Part shown: positions 1 to 9,727 of the stretch, piece after piece | How the letters are laid out: each line of letters starts with the position of its first letter | Position numbering within the stretch: the first letter of the stretch is position 1 | Source of the DNA: Acidobacteriota bacterium | GTDB lineage: Bacteria > Acidobacteriota > UBA890 > WLXD01 | Direction: 5' to 3' | DNA length: 64,000 nucleotides | NCBI GenBank assembly: GCA_029263295.1 | Contig: JAJCXT010000008.1 | Coordinates: 3,825 to 67,824 of the forward strand | Notes under the pieces: generated by a model | Told to the model about the DNA's origin: nothing | Databases searched by the model: none | What the model saw: the letters and a program-made list of their open reading frames with translations, nothing else | Program-made: the position numbers and the translations under genes

Positions 1-763
1 TCTCCTGTCGCTCGCGGACGTAACGAATCGTCACCACCAGAGCAAGGAAGACGTAGAGGGTGTACGCCAGGTCGATGTAAGCCAGGTGTCCCACGATGAG
101 GATCTGCGGGATCGTCAGGAAGGTAGCGGTTGCCAGCACGGCCGCTGGTCGATCGGCGAGCGTGCGCGCGTAGCCGTAGATCGCCAGCATGCCGAGGAAG
201 CCGAACAACAGGTGAAACAGGTGCGCCGCGGCCTCGCCCCCGAACTCCAGAGCGAACATGTAGAGCATCTGCACGTTCATCGGGTAGTAGGCCAGCACGT
301 TGTCGGTAAACGGCGGCAGGAAACCTACCTGCAGGATTCGTTTCGGAACCTCGAGGTGATAGACGATCGCGTCGATACCCACCGCTGGCAGGTAACACCA
401 CACACCCATGGCGACGAAATAGGCGACTGCCCCGCCCAGACCGACCGCCAGGGCACGATCCTGTCGCGCTTCGCGCAGCACTGCTACAACGGCGCTCCGG
501 GCCTGAGGCAGTGCGAGGCCAGCCAGCAGAATCACCGCGGCGAACATGGCCAGCAATAGCGGACGGCCGACGATCGGCACGCCAGTGAGGTACCCGAACA
601 TGGACGCGCCATAGAGCGCGTAGCAAAAAACCAGGATGCCCAGGGCGGTCTCGACAGCGACCTGAAGACCAACGTGGCGCAGAGTCCACCGCGGCCTGAC
701 GAGCCTGCTACCGACGTACCAGGACGCCAGTGCCGTACATACCACCTGCACGAGCGCGATCAA
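1..763 (-). CDS. GT-C fold integral-membrane glycosyltransferase (ArnT/PMT/GT39-like), 3' end runs off the window
   Basis: Not in the ORF track because there is no stop in the window. Manual translation from TTG at 763, preceded by a GGGGAG RBS, gives a multi-TM protein with loop motifs DAIVYHLEVPK, YYPMNVQMLY and YIDL, typical of GT-C enzymes. Confidence 0.7.
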   Translation of the reverse strand, partial: MIALVQVVCTALASWYVGSRLVRPRWTLRHVGLQVAVETALGILVFCYALYGASMFGYLTGVPIVGRPLLLAMFAAVILLAGLALPQARSAVVAVLREARQDRALAVGLGGAVAYFVAMGVWCYLPAVGIDAIVYHLEVPKRILQVGFLPPFTDNVLAYYPMNVQMLYMFALEFGGEAAAHLFHLLFGFLGMLAIYGYARTLADRPAAVLATATFLTIPQILIVGHLAYIDLAYTLYVFLALVVTIRYVRERQE

Positions 764-880
764 GAAGCTCCCCTCCCCTGGACGCACACGTTGCCCTGTC
801 GGCGGGCGGTGGCGTATCGTCCCCTGGAATCAGCCAGCGAAACGCGGCGGCATCCCCCAATCCCCGACACCAGGACCAAC

Positions 881-2164
881 ATGCGCAGACTGCTCGCCTT
901 TTCGGCCGCCATGCTACTCGCTTCCGCCACGCTGAGCCAGGCGGTCGCCGGCCCTGCCGACGAAGGCGACAACTGGCCTAACTGGCGTGGCCCTTCTCGC
1001 GACGGCAGCAGCGCCGAGACGGGACTCCCACTGGAATGGACCACCACCGAAAACATCGCATGGAGTCTGGAGTTGGATTCCTGGAGCGGGTCCACGCCGA
1101 TCATCTGGGGCGAGACGGTTTTCCTGAGCGTCGCGGACGGCGAGAGCCTGTGGCTCTGGGCCCTGAATCGCGATAGCGGCGAGAAGCTCTGGCAGGGATT
1201 TCTCTCTGACGGAGATCACACGGAGCGCAAGCAGAACATGTCCTCGCCGTCGCCGGTGACCGATGGCGAGCACGTCTGGATCATGACCGGCACAGGCATC
1301 CTGAAGGCGTTCGACTTCGAGGGCAACGAGCGCTGGAGCCGTGACATCCCGGCCGACTACGGCGACTTTGGACTCCAGTGGGGGTACGCCTCTTCGCCCC
1401 TGCTGTACGACGGCGCCTTGTACGTGCAGGTACTGCACGGGATGAAGACGGACGATACGCCGTACGTGCTACGAATCGATCCGGCCACCGGGAAGACCGT
1501 GTGGAAGGTCGAGCGCCCCACCGAGGCGATCATGGAATCTCCTGATTCCTACACGACCCCGGCGCTGCTCGAGCACGAGGACGGCGACGAGATCATCATT
1601 ACCGGTGGCGACGTCGTTACTGGTCACGACCCGGCTAGCGGAGAAGAACTATGGCGGCTGGACGGCCTCAACCCCGACAACCAACGGAACTACAGAATCG
1701 TCGCTTCACCGTTGATCCACGACGACATCATCTACGCGCCCACGCGGGAGCGACCTCTACTCGCGATCCGGGCGGGCGGGCGCGGTGATATCACCGAGAC
1801 GCACAGGCTCTGGTCGTTCAACAACGGCCCGGATGTGCCCACGCCGGTGACCGACGGCAAGTACTTCTACAGCATCAACGACAAGGGCATCGCCTACTGC
1901 CTGGATGCCAGGACCGGCGAGAACATCTACGGTCCGGTCCGCCTGGCAGTAGCCACCTACAGTGGCTCTCCTGTGCTGGCCGACGGCAAGATCTACATCA
2001 CCAACGAGGATGGCTTGACCAGCGTGATGAAGGCCGGACCGGAGTTCGAGGTGCTGGCCGAGAACGACCTCGGTGACTACACCTTGAGTTCACCGGCGAT
2101 CTCCGACGGCCAGATCTTCATCCGCACCGCCAGCGCCCTTTATGCGATCGGCCAGCGCCGCTGA
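881..2164 (+). CDS. Secreted PQQ-binding-like (BamB-like) beta-propeller repeat protein
   Basis: Signal peptide [23 protein letters not shown] from ATG 881; NWPNWRGP N-terminal motif; repeated SSP/STP and Trp-docking blades; C-terminal [14 protein letters not shown]. Confidence 0.85.
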   Translation: MRRLLAFSAAMLLASATLSQAVAGPADEGDNWPNWRGPSRDGSSAETGLPLEWTTTENIAWSLELDSWSGSTPIIWGETVFLSVADGESLWLWALNRDSGEKLWQGFLSDGDHTERKQNMSSPSPVTDGEHVWIMTGTGILKAFDFEGNERWSRDIPADYGDFGLQWGYASSPLLYDGALYVQVLHGMKTDDTPYVLRIDPATGKTVWKVERPTEAIMESPDSYTTPALLEHEDGDEIIITGGDVVTGHDPASGEELWRLDGLNPDNQRNYRIVASPLIHDDIIYAPTRERPLLAIRAGGRGDITETHRLWSFNNGPDVPTPVTDGKYFYSINDKGIAYCLDARTGENIYGPVRLAVATYSGSPVLADGKIYITNEDGLTSVMKAGPEFEVLAENDLGDYTLSSPAISDGQIFIRTASALYAIGQRR

Positions 2165-2165
2165 G

Positions 2166-3461
2166 TTGCCCGCGCGGGCGGGCCGAGCGGCGCGTGCTCT
2201 CGGCCTTGGGCTTGGCCTCTGCCTGAGCCTCGCCGCGAACGGGTGCAGCAGTGAGCCGCCCCACCCCGGGCCCGACTCGGCGCTGCAGGTGGACATCGAC
2301 GTTCTTGCTGAAGGCACCGTGATCCGCAATACGGACGGCTCGATGTGGCAAGGGCCCGCGCGGCTCGTGCCCGAAGCCACCATTGGTTCTACGGATGGCC
2401 CGAGCGAGCTCATGTTCGGCCGCATCGCGGATTTTGAAGTTACGGCAGAGCACATCTACGTACTCGAGGCCCAACCACCACTCGTGCGCAAGTACGATCA
2501 CGACGGCAACTGGATTGCCGACCTCGGCGGTCGCGGCCAGGGGCCGGGGCAGTTCGAATGGCCGGCGGGGCTAGCGGTGGACGCGACACAAGAGCAGGTC
2601 TACGTCCAGCATAGAGAGCCGTGGAGGCTCGCGAGAGTCAGCACCAACGGGGGCCGCCCCGGCACCCTCGAGGTCGAACTGCCCGCGGCCGAGGCGGACA
2701 TGGTGCTCACGCCCGCCGGTCTTGCCCGTGCCGTCGTGCTGGAGCGCGCCGAAGGGCGGTTCGAACGGAGTATCGCCCTCGAGTGGCTACCTCTCGACAC
2801 GCTCGATCCCACGCGTGTGCCGCTGGAGGGCGCCGGATTGTCAGCGATCTGGACAGCCACCTGTGATGGTGGGGGCGCTATCGCCATACCGATCCCATTC
2901 GCGCCCGAAGTCCAGTGGCTGCTGTTCCGCCACGGCGGGTACGCACTCGGCAGGTCGGACGAGTATCGCTTCGTCATCCACTCGGCGGACGGTTCTACGC
3001 GGACGGTGCACAGGTACTGGACACCGGTCCTCGCCAGCGCCGCAGAGCGTGAGTGGCGAACTCGCCTAGCGCGCAGCGGAGCCAGCTGCGGAGGAGGAGC
3101 GTCCCCGTGGAATGGTCCGGACGCACCAGCTTCCAAGCGCGCCTTTGACTCCTTGTTCAGCGATGGGGCCGGGCGGATTTGGGTCGTTCGCGAGGGAAAC
3201 GGCCAGCCACTTGGCGACTGCGCCACCGCGGGCGAGCCGCTCTCGGAGTGGCGGCAGCGCCCCTGCTGGGAAGCTCCGGTGCTGGTCGATATCTTCGACG
3301 AGGAAGGTAGATTCCTCGGCCCGCTCAACCTGCCCGACGGGCTACGCCTCCACCCGCGCCCCGCCGCGAAAGGCGACCGCATTCTCGCTGTCACCCTCGA
3401 CGCGGGGGGAAACCCCAACCTGACCTGGTATCGGCTGCAACGACCGACCGCGTCACCCTGA
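2166..3461 (+). CDS. 6-bladed beta-propeller (NHL-like) lipoprotein
   Basis: Hydrophobic segment and lipobox-like LAANGC; GGRGQGPGQFEWPAG NHL motif; DGAGRIWV and DIFDEEGRFLG motifs. Start uncertain (TTG 2166 just after the upstream stop; ORF track start 2142). Confidence 0.7.
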   Translation: MPARAGRAARALGLGLGLCLSLAANGCSSEPPHPGPDSALQVDIDVLAEGTVIRNTDGSMWQGPARLVPEATIGSTDGPSELMFGRIADFEVTAEHIYVLEAQPPLVRKYDHDGNWIADLGGRGQGPGQFEWPAGLAVDATQEQVYVQHREPWRLARVSTNGGRPGTLEVELPAAEADMVLTPAGLARAVVLERAEGRFERSIALEWLPLDTLDPTRVPLEGAGLSAIWTATCDGGGAIAIPIPFAPEVQWLLFRHGGYALGRSDEYRFVIHSADGSTRTVHRYWTPVLASAAEREWRTRLARSGASCGGGASPWNGPDAPASKRAFDSLFSDGAGRIWVVREGNGQPLGDCATAGEPLSEWRQRPCWEAPVLVDIFDEEGRFLGPLNLPDGLRLHPRPAAKGDRILAVTLDAGGNPNLTWYRLQRPTASP

Positions 3462-3477
3462 CCCGCGGCCCTTCAAC

Positions 3478-6213
3478 TCACCGCGTGCGCAGCGCCGACG
3501 AGGGCTCCACGTGTGAGGCGCGCAGTGCTGGAACCAGGTTGGCGATCACGCCGACCATGCACAGCGCCGCGGCGGCCGCCACGTACGCCAGCACGTCGAC
3601 CGAACTGACGCCGTAGAGCAGCGCGCCGAGCATGCGCGTGGACGCCAGGCTCAGCACGATGCCGATTCCCGCGCCGATCAGGATCAGGCGCATGCCTTGG
3701 CCGAGCACCATCCGGACGACGCTGCGACGATCCGCGCCGATCGCCATCCGTATGCCGATCTCGCGTGTCCGCTGGGACACCGCGAAAGCGATCACTCCGT
3801 AGACGCCGACCGATGCCAGCAGAGCGCCGATGACACCGAGCAAGCCCAGCGCCGCGGCCGCGAGGCGAACCGGGAAAAGGCTCAGAGCCAGATGCTCGCT
3901 GATGGTCTCGACCTCCATGACGGCCAGACCCGGGTCCATCTCCCGGAGGATCTGACGCATGGCTGTGAGTACGGCCGCCTGGTCTCCCTGGGTACGCGCA
4001 AGCAGGCTGCCAAAGCCACTGGCGTTGTCCTGGGCGTAGGGCACGTAGATGTTCCGTGTCGGTCCCTCGCCCAGAGTCGACACCTTGTGCTCGCTATGGA
4101 TGCCAACAACTTCGGCAAAGGGACCGTCGGCGCCACTCACGGAGAGTCGCTTGCCGATGGGGGCTTGCCCGGGCCAGAGATCGGCCGCCAGCACCTCGTT
4201 GATGATCACCACGGGCGGCGCCTCTTTGACATCCGCCGCGGTGAAGCGTCGTCCCTGGTCGATGCCGATGCCCATGACGTCGAAGTAGTTGGGATCCACC
4301 GACGTCGTCATCACGGAAGGAGGGTCCTCGCCGGGCGCCAGTTGCTGCCCCTCGAGGTATACGTCGCGGCTCGTCACCATGGTGGACTCGAGCGGCAGCC
4401 GCTCCGCGAATGCCACCTGCGTGACACCGGGAAGCGCCGCGATCCTGTCCATGGCGCGGAGATAGAAGTCCTGGGCCTCGTCCGGGCTGTAGCCCTGGAA
4501 CGCGAGGGCGGCGCCCATATTGACGACGGACTCGGTAGCGATGCCCGGGTCGATCGACTGCGCGTTCTGCAGGCTACGCACCATGAGGGCGGCTGCGACC
4601 AGCAACACGAGCGAGAGCGTCACCTGGGCCACGACCAGGCTGCTGCGCAAACGCGACCCTCTCAGTCGGCCGCTATCACCCGCCTCGTCGCCACGCAACG
4701 ACTGTGAAAGATCGGCGCGCGTCGACCGCAATGCCGGCACCAGGCCAAACGCGAGCCCTGTGAGCATCGCGACGACGGCGGTGAACAGCCACACCCGCCC
4801 GCTAACATCCACGGCCAGCGAAATGGGCACCATGATCGGCGGCTGTATTGCCAGCAGCAGTTGCAGAGCCGACTTGGCGATCACCACGGCCAGGAGGCCT
4901 CCGATGAGCGACAGCATCATGCTCTCGGTGAGCAACTGACGAACAAGTCTGCCGCGACCGGCTCCCAGGGCCAGGCGGATGGCGATTTCCTGCCTTCGCA
5001 CCGAGCCGCGCGCCAGCATCATGTTGGCCACGTTCGCGCATGCAAGCAGCAGGACCAGCCCAACGAGTCCCATGAGCACGCCGGCAGCAGGCAACATTGC
5101 CTTGTCGATCCCAGGCTCGATGCGCAGATCCGAGGCCTGGAACAGGGTGAATCCCATCTCGCCATTCGTGTCGGGGAAGTCCTGGCCGAGCTGGACACCG
5201 ATCGATACCACATCCGCCGTGGCCTGTTCGATCGTCGTGCCCGCGCCCAGGCGGCCGATCACATGAAAGGAGTGCGAGCCGCGCCGCTCGAGGCCACTGG
5301 TCGCGCCGGTAACCGGCCGCAGGGCCTCCCCCGCGAATGTCGGCAGCCAGAAGCTGACTTCCAGCGGCGGGACGAGCCCCGTGTAGCGGTCGTCCACGAC
5401 GCCGATGAGCGTGTGAGGACTGCCCCCGAAACGCAGTTCGCTACCCAGCGCCGCCTCGGTACCACCAAGGCGATCGCGCCAGAACTTCTCGCTCACCATC
5501 GCCACGTTGTGGTTTCCCGCGACGTCTTCCTGCGGCGCGAACGTCCTGCCCACGAGCGGCGGAATTCCGAGGACACCGAAGTAGTTCGCCGACACCGACT
5601 CGCCGAATACGAAATCAACCTCGCCGTCGGCGTTGTACGTGGCGATCTCGGTGCGCACGGCGGCCAGGCCGGTGAAGGACCCGGCGTTCTCACGCACATC
5701 CAGAAAGTCTGGATAGGACATGAACATGTCGCCGAATTCCGTTCCGTCGCGGCCCAGGCGCACGACCGAGTCCGGATCGGCGGCCGGCAGGGGCGTGAAC
5801 AACAAGGCATCGACGAGGGTAAACATCGTCGTGTTGAAGCCAATGCCCACCGCCAGCGACACGATCGCGACGGTCGAGAACATCGGGCTCTTCACGAGCA
5901 TGCGGAGGCCAAAACGAATGTCGGCAAGAAGATCGGTCATCAGGCTCGCACCGGGGGATCGGTCGGTTCGGTTGGGGAACTGGCCCAGGGGGTCTCGACG
6001 ATCGCGCTTGGCGTGCCCTCCCTCCAGGACCATGTGATCGAGGTTGCCGAAGCGGCGCTCGGCGTCGCGTCGCGCGGATGCCGGGTCCATGCCCGCCGCG
6101 ACGTTGTCGTCGGCGCACAGGGCGATATGAGCCAACATCTCTTCGCGGATCTCGTGCTCGAGACGGCGCCCACCGGCACCGGTCGCGAACTGCCGCCGCA
6201 GGAAGCTCAGCAT
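3478..6213 (-). CDS. ADOP-type duplicated ABC transporter permease (MacB_PCD/FtsX x2) with permease prefix domain
   Basis: ATG 6213 overlaps the PadR stop (TGATG). Motifs: EIREEMLAH..ARRDAERRFGN prefix, DIRFGLRMLVKSP, LLLACANVANMMLAR, RQEIAIRLALGA, RTREIGIRMAIGA. No NBD. Confidence 0.92.
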   Translation of the reverse strand: MLSFLRRQFATGAGGRRLEHEIREEMLAHIALCADDNVAAGMDPASARRDAERRFGNLDHMVLEGGHAKRDRRDPLGQFPNRTDRSPGASLMTDLLADIRFGLRMLVKSPMFSTVAIVSLAVGIGFNTTMFTLVDALLFTPLPAADPDSVVRLGRDGTEFGDMFMSYPDFLDVRENAGSFTGLAAVRTEIATYNADGEVDFVFGESVSANYFGVLGIPPLVGRTFAPQEDVAGNHNVAMVSEKFWRDRLGGTEAALGSELRFGGSPHTLIGVVDDRYTGLVPPLEVSFWLPTFAGEALRPVTGATSGLERRGSHSFHVIGRLGAGTTIEQATADVVSIGVQLGQDFPDTNGEMGFTLFQASDLRIEPGIDKAMLPAAGVLMGLVGLVLLLACANVANMMLARGSVRRQEIAIRLALGAGRGRLVRQLLTESMMLSLIGGLLAVVIAKSALQLLLAIQPPIMVPISLAVDVSGRVWLFTAVVAMLTGLAFGLVPALRSTRADLSQSLRGDEAGDSGRLRGSRLRSSLVVAQVTLSLVLLVAAALMVRSLQNAQSIDPGIATESVVNMGAALAFQGYSPDEAQDFYLRAMDRIAALPGVTQVAFAERLPLESTMVTSRDVYLEGQQLAPGEDPPSVMTTSVDPNYFDVMGIGIDQGRRFTAADVKEAPPVVIINEVLAADLWPGQAPIGKRLSVSGADGPFAEVVGIHSEHKVSTLGEGPTRNIYVPYAQDNASGFGSLLARTQGDQAAVLTAMRQILREMDPGLAVMEVETISEHLALSLFPVRLAAAALGLLGVIGALLASVGVYGVIAFAVSQRTREIGIRMAIGADRRSVVRMVLGQGMRLILIGAGIGIVLSLASTRMLGALLYGVSSVDVLAYVAAAAALCMVGVIANLVPALRASHVEPSSALRTR

Positions 6214-6530
6214 CAGTTCGACTCCAGTACCTTGCCCACGGCGCTCGAGAACTCGCTCCAACTACTGCTCTCGGCGTCCAACTGCGTCCGCCCTTCAGGC
6301 GTCAGTTCGTAGAACTTCGCTCGACGCTTCGTGTCGGTGACCCCCCAGTCGGCGACGATCCAGCCGCGCTTTTCCATGCGGTAAAGCGCCGGATCCATAG
6401 AGCCTTCCTCGACGTCGAGCACCTCGTCGGTGGCGGCATGGATCGCCTTGGCGATGCCGTAGCCGTGCGCCGGGCCGCCGCGGAGCGTCCTCAACACGAG
6501 CAAATCCAGGGTTCCTCTCAGCAGGTCCAT
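6213..6530 (-). CDS. PadR family transcriptional regulator (acidobacterial type)
   Basis: MDLLRGTLDLLVL..HGYGIA..VEEGS..RRAKFYELT motifs; GGAG RBS before ATG 6530; directly upstream of the ADOP permease. Confidence 0.9.
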   Translation of the reverse strand: MDLLRGTLDLLVLRTLRGGPAHGYGIAKAIHAATDEVLDVEEGSMDPALYRMEKRGWIVADWGVTDTKRRAKFYELTPEGRTQLDAESSSWSEFSSAVGKVLESN

Positions 6531-6586
6531 TCCATCGTCTCCAGGAGTCGATTCGGCCGGCGCCGCCAATCCTTAGGCTTCCTATA

Positions 6587-6601
6587 CTTAGAAACTCTAG
6601 G
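6587..6601. promoter_or_regulatory. Putative PadR operator (CTTAGAAACTCTAGG)
   Basis: Imperfect palindrome with a TAGA-N3-TCTA core in an AT-rich patch upstream of padR. Shares the C-x-TA-N7-TA-x-G pattern with the palindrome upstream of the second padR. Confidence 0.45.
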
Positions 6602-6747
6602 GATGTTACTTACCTACTAGAACGGTGGCAAGCGGCCATTAGTTTCATGTTGTTCGCCGAGCCCCTCGCTTTTGTCCCGCGGACGATACGATGGCTCCAG
6701 CCAACGACACCCTGACGGATGCCCTCATGCCGCTTTCCTCCAGAACC

Positions 6748-7410
6748 ATGCGTCCTCGCCCGTCCCTGGTGGCCATGGCCGCACTGGCGATCGCGGCGAC
6801 ACCGAGCCTCGCGCACGATCTCGGCACCACCGAGACGTTGATCACGCTGGGTGAACAACGGTTCGAAATCGTCATGGAATGCGACCTCGATGCGCTCGCC
6901 CTCGGCGCCGCTCCCACCGCCGACGATGCCGAGTTGCTGGCGGCCCTCGAGGCCATGGACGGTGCGCGCCTGGCCGAGACCATCACCGACCTGCGCCAGC
7001 TTTTTGCCCGCAGGGTGCGGCTGTTCGCGGGCGACGCGCGCATCGACTTCGAGGTGGAATTCCCCGACCGCGAAGCCGGCCACACACTCGGCATGACGCC
7101 GCCGACCTTTCTTGGTCTCTCAGCCCGGCTTCGAGGGGCCCTCCCGTCCAGCTACGAGACCCTGCGCTTCCGGCTGTCGCGCGCGTTCCCCTCGGCACAA
7201 CTCACCGTGATCGATGCGAACGGCGAGATCCTGCTCGAGGAGTTCGTGCCCCGAGGCGAGGACAGTTCCTACTTCACGGTAGGAGCTGGATCGGCCCCCG
7301 AACGAGGCCAACGGAAGCGAGCAACCGGATTCGGCTATTTGCTCCTGGCTGTGGCCCTGATCGCAGCGGCCGGCACCATGGCCTGGCGCCGAGCAAGCTT
7401 GCACGCGTAG
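6748..7410 (+). CDS. Hypothetical exported protein with C-terminal membrane anchor (resembles the periplasmic domain of HupE/UreJ-fusion proteins)
   Basis: Signal peptide ending SLA-HD leaves an N-terminal His; C-terminal TM segment followed by WRR. Start 6748 chosen from the signal peptide. Confidence 0.6.
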   Translation: MRPRPSLVAMAALAIAATPSLAHDLGTTETLITLGEQRFEIVMECDLDALALGAAPTADDAELLAALEAMDGARLAETITDLRQLFARRVRLFAGDARIDFEVEFPDREAGHTLGMTPPTFLGLSARLRGALPSSYETLRFRLSRAFPSAQLTVIDANGEILLEEFVPRGEDSSYFTVGAGSAPERGQRKRATGFGYLLLAVALIAAAGTMAWRRASLHA

Positions 7411-7492
7411 CGCCGTCGCACGTACGATCAACCCTCTGGACGCCGACACGCTCGCGCGTCCTCCCTAGCGCGATTCCCTTCTCGCTCCCGAG

Positions 7493-9727
7493 ATGATGCC
7501 CATGCCTAGCCGTTCTTCTGCCTCGATGTTCCGAACCACGGCGATATGCATGGCTGCTCTCTGCGCCACGCTCGCGATCGCCGCCTCCCCGGCCGCGACC
7601 GACGCCACCGAAGAATGGAGTTCATGGCGTGGCCCGTCGCAGAACGGCGTATCTCCAGCGACCGGGCTGCTGTCGGAATGGACCGTGGACGGGCCGGGTC
7701 AGCTCTGGCGCGCGGAACTCATCGGACGTTCCACGCCTGTCGTGTTCGATGGCCGCGTGTGCGCCAACGGGCGCGCCGGCGAAGGCGTCGAGATGCGCGA
7801 GACTGTCGCCTGTTGGGACGCGGCCTCGGGCGATCTGCTGTGGCAACGCTTCTACAGCGTCTACAACACCACCGTGCCCTTCACTCGCGTTGGCTGGGGC
7901 AGCATCGCGGGCGATCCGGAGACGGGCAACGTCTACGTGCTCAACATCGACGGTCACTTCAGCGCCCTCGATCCCCACGGCAACACGGTCTGGGAGATCC
8001 GCCTGTACGAGGACTTCGGCCGCGCTTCGGGCTACGGCGGGCGCACGAGCACCCCGGTGATCGACGAGGGTCGGGTGCTCCTGGGCATCATCGCCAACAG
8101 CTGGGGCCCGTTCGGACCGCCGCGCCACCGTTATTACGCCTTCGACAAGCACGATGGCAGCGTGATCTGGACGTCCAACCCGACCACGGAGAACGTCAAG
8201 GACCGCAATACACAGGCCGTCCCGATCGTCACTGAGATCGACGGCCAGCGCCTGATGATCGGCGGCGCAGCCGACGGCTGGATCTATGCGCTCCAGGCCC
8301 GCACCGGCGCCCTGGTGTGGAGGTTCCAGCTCTCCAAGCGCGGCATCAATGTTTCTGTCGTCGAGCAGGACGGAATCGTCTATGCCGCTCACAGCGAGGA
8401 GAACCTCGACGAAGGCGTCCTCGGGCGAGTGGTCGCTATTGATGGCCGCGGCGAAGGTGACATCACCCGCACCCACGAGTTGTGGCGCGCCACCGAGGTC
8501 CCCATCGGCTTCGGCTCGCCGTTACTGCATGACGGCACACTCTACGTGCTCGACAACTCGGCCAACCTCATCGCTTTCGACGCCAGCACTGGCACGCAGC
8601 GGTGGGAGCAGAACATCGGCAACGTGGGCAAGAGTTCGCCAGTGTGGGCCGACGGCAAGATCTACGCTACGGAGGTCAACGGCACCTTCGTGATCCTGCG
8701 CCCCGGCGCCGACAGCGCCGAGGTTCTCGACAGCGAACGTGTCGAGATGCCCGACGGGCGACATGCCGAGATCTACGGCTCTCCCGCCATTGCCTACGGT
8801 CGAATCTTCTTCACTACCGAAGCTGGGATCTTCGCCATCGGCGACGGCTCCGTGCCGGCAGTCCCGGCCCCGCTGGCGACACAGGCGCGCCCGATCGCGC
8901 CTGTCGGAGCTGAACCGGCCACCCTGACCGTGGTACCCGCCGACGTGAACGCCGACCCCGGCCAGGCCATCGACTTCGAGGTTCGCGCCTTCGATGCATC
9001 GGGCAACCTCATCGGCACGCGTACCGCCGAGTGGTCGCTGCAGGGCCTCACCGGCGATGTCGATGGCGACGGGCACTTCGTCGCCGACGCGAACGCCGGC
9101 AGCCAGGCGGGTCATCTCGTCGCGACGATCGGCGAACTGACGGCGCGCGCTCGCATTCGTGTCACCGGCTCGCTGCCCTACTCCGAGGACTTCACCTCCG
9201 GCCAACGACCCGGATACTGGATCGGCGGGGGACGCTTCAATACCGCGGAACTCGAGGGTGAGCCGGTACTGCAGAAGCCCCAGTCGCCGAGCGGCATCCA
9301 CCGCCACGTCGCCTTCACAGGTCGCGACAGTGCAACGGGCGTGACGGTGCAGGTAGACCTCTACGGTACTCAGGAAGGCCGTCGGCGCCCTGACGGCGGC
9401 GTCGTGAACAGCGGCTACACGCTCGATCTGGCCGGCAACCATCAACGCCTCGAGATCCGTTCGTGGGCCTCGGAACTGCGCATGATGCAACGCGCGCCGT
9501 TCGCATGGGAGATGCACACCTGGTACACCGTCAAGCTACGGGTAGACCAGGAGGCAGACCGTGCCGTGATTCGTGCCAAGGTCTGGCAGCGAGGCACTCC
9601 GGAGCCCGCCGATTGGACGCTGGAAGTCGAAGATCCGTTCCCTGTCCGCAACGGCGCGCCGGGCATCTATGGCTACTCTCCGGTTGATATCTACTACGAC
9701 AACTACAAGGTGACGGTGAACGAATGA
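7493..9727 (+). CDS. Secreted PQQ-like beta-propeller with Ig-like and C-terminal ConA/lectin-like domains
   Basis: EWSSWRGP motif, propeller repeats, Pro/Ala linker, a beta-rich FEVRAFDASG domain and a C-terminal WYTVKLRV..AKVWQRGTPEP..YYDNYKV jelly-roll. Start may be 7526. Confidence 0.8.
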   Translation: MMPMPSRSSASMFRTTAICMAALCATLAIAASPAATDATEEWSSWRGPSQNGVSPATGLLSEWTVDGPGQLWRAELIGRSTPVVFDGRVCANGRAGEGVEMRETVACWDAASGDLLWQRFYSVYNTTVPFTRVGWGSIAGDPETGNVYVLNIDGHFSALDPHGNTVWEIRLYEDFGRASGYGGRTSTPVIDEGRVLLGIIANSWGPFGPPRHRYYAFDKHDGSVIWTSNPTTENVKDRNTQAVPIVTEIDGQRLMIGGAADGWIYALQARTGALVWRFQLSKRGINVSVVEQDGIVYAAHSEENLDEGVLGRVVAIDGRGEGDITRTHELWRATEVPIGFGSPLLHDGTLYVLDNSANLIAFDASTGTQRWEQNIGNVGKSSPVWADGKIYATEVNGTFVILRPGADSAEVLDSERVEMPDGRHAEIYGSPAIAYGRIFFTTEAGIFAIGDGSVPAVPAPLATQARPIAPVGAEPATLTVVPADVNADPGQAIDFEVRAFDASGNLIGTRTAEWSLQGLTGDVDGDGHFVADANAGSQAGHLVATIGELTARARIRVTGSLPYSEDFTSGQRPGYWIGGGRFNTAELEGEPVLQKPQSPSGIHRHVAFTGRDSATGVTVQVDLYGTQEGRRRPDGGVVNSGYTLDLAGNHQRLEIRSWASELRMMQRAPFAWEMHTWYTVKLRVDQEADRAVIRAKVWQRGTPEPADWTLEVEDPFPVRNGAPGIYGYSPVDIYYDNYKVTVNE

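Noticed and set aside
86-559. 157-aa plus-strand ORF
   Set aside because: Shadow of the minus-strand GT-C gene; no recognisable features.
3697-6312. Long antisense ORFs (3697-4707, 4861-6312; likewise 23991-25304, 35919-37247, 37626-39203, 50300-51715)
   Set aside because: They lie opposite well-supported genes and are expected from high-GC codon bias.
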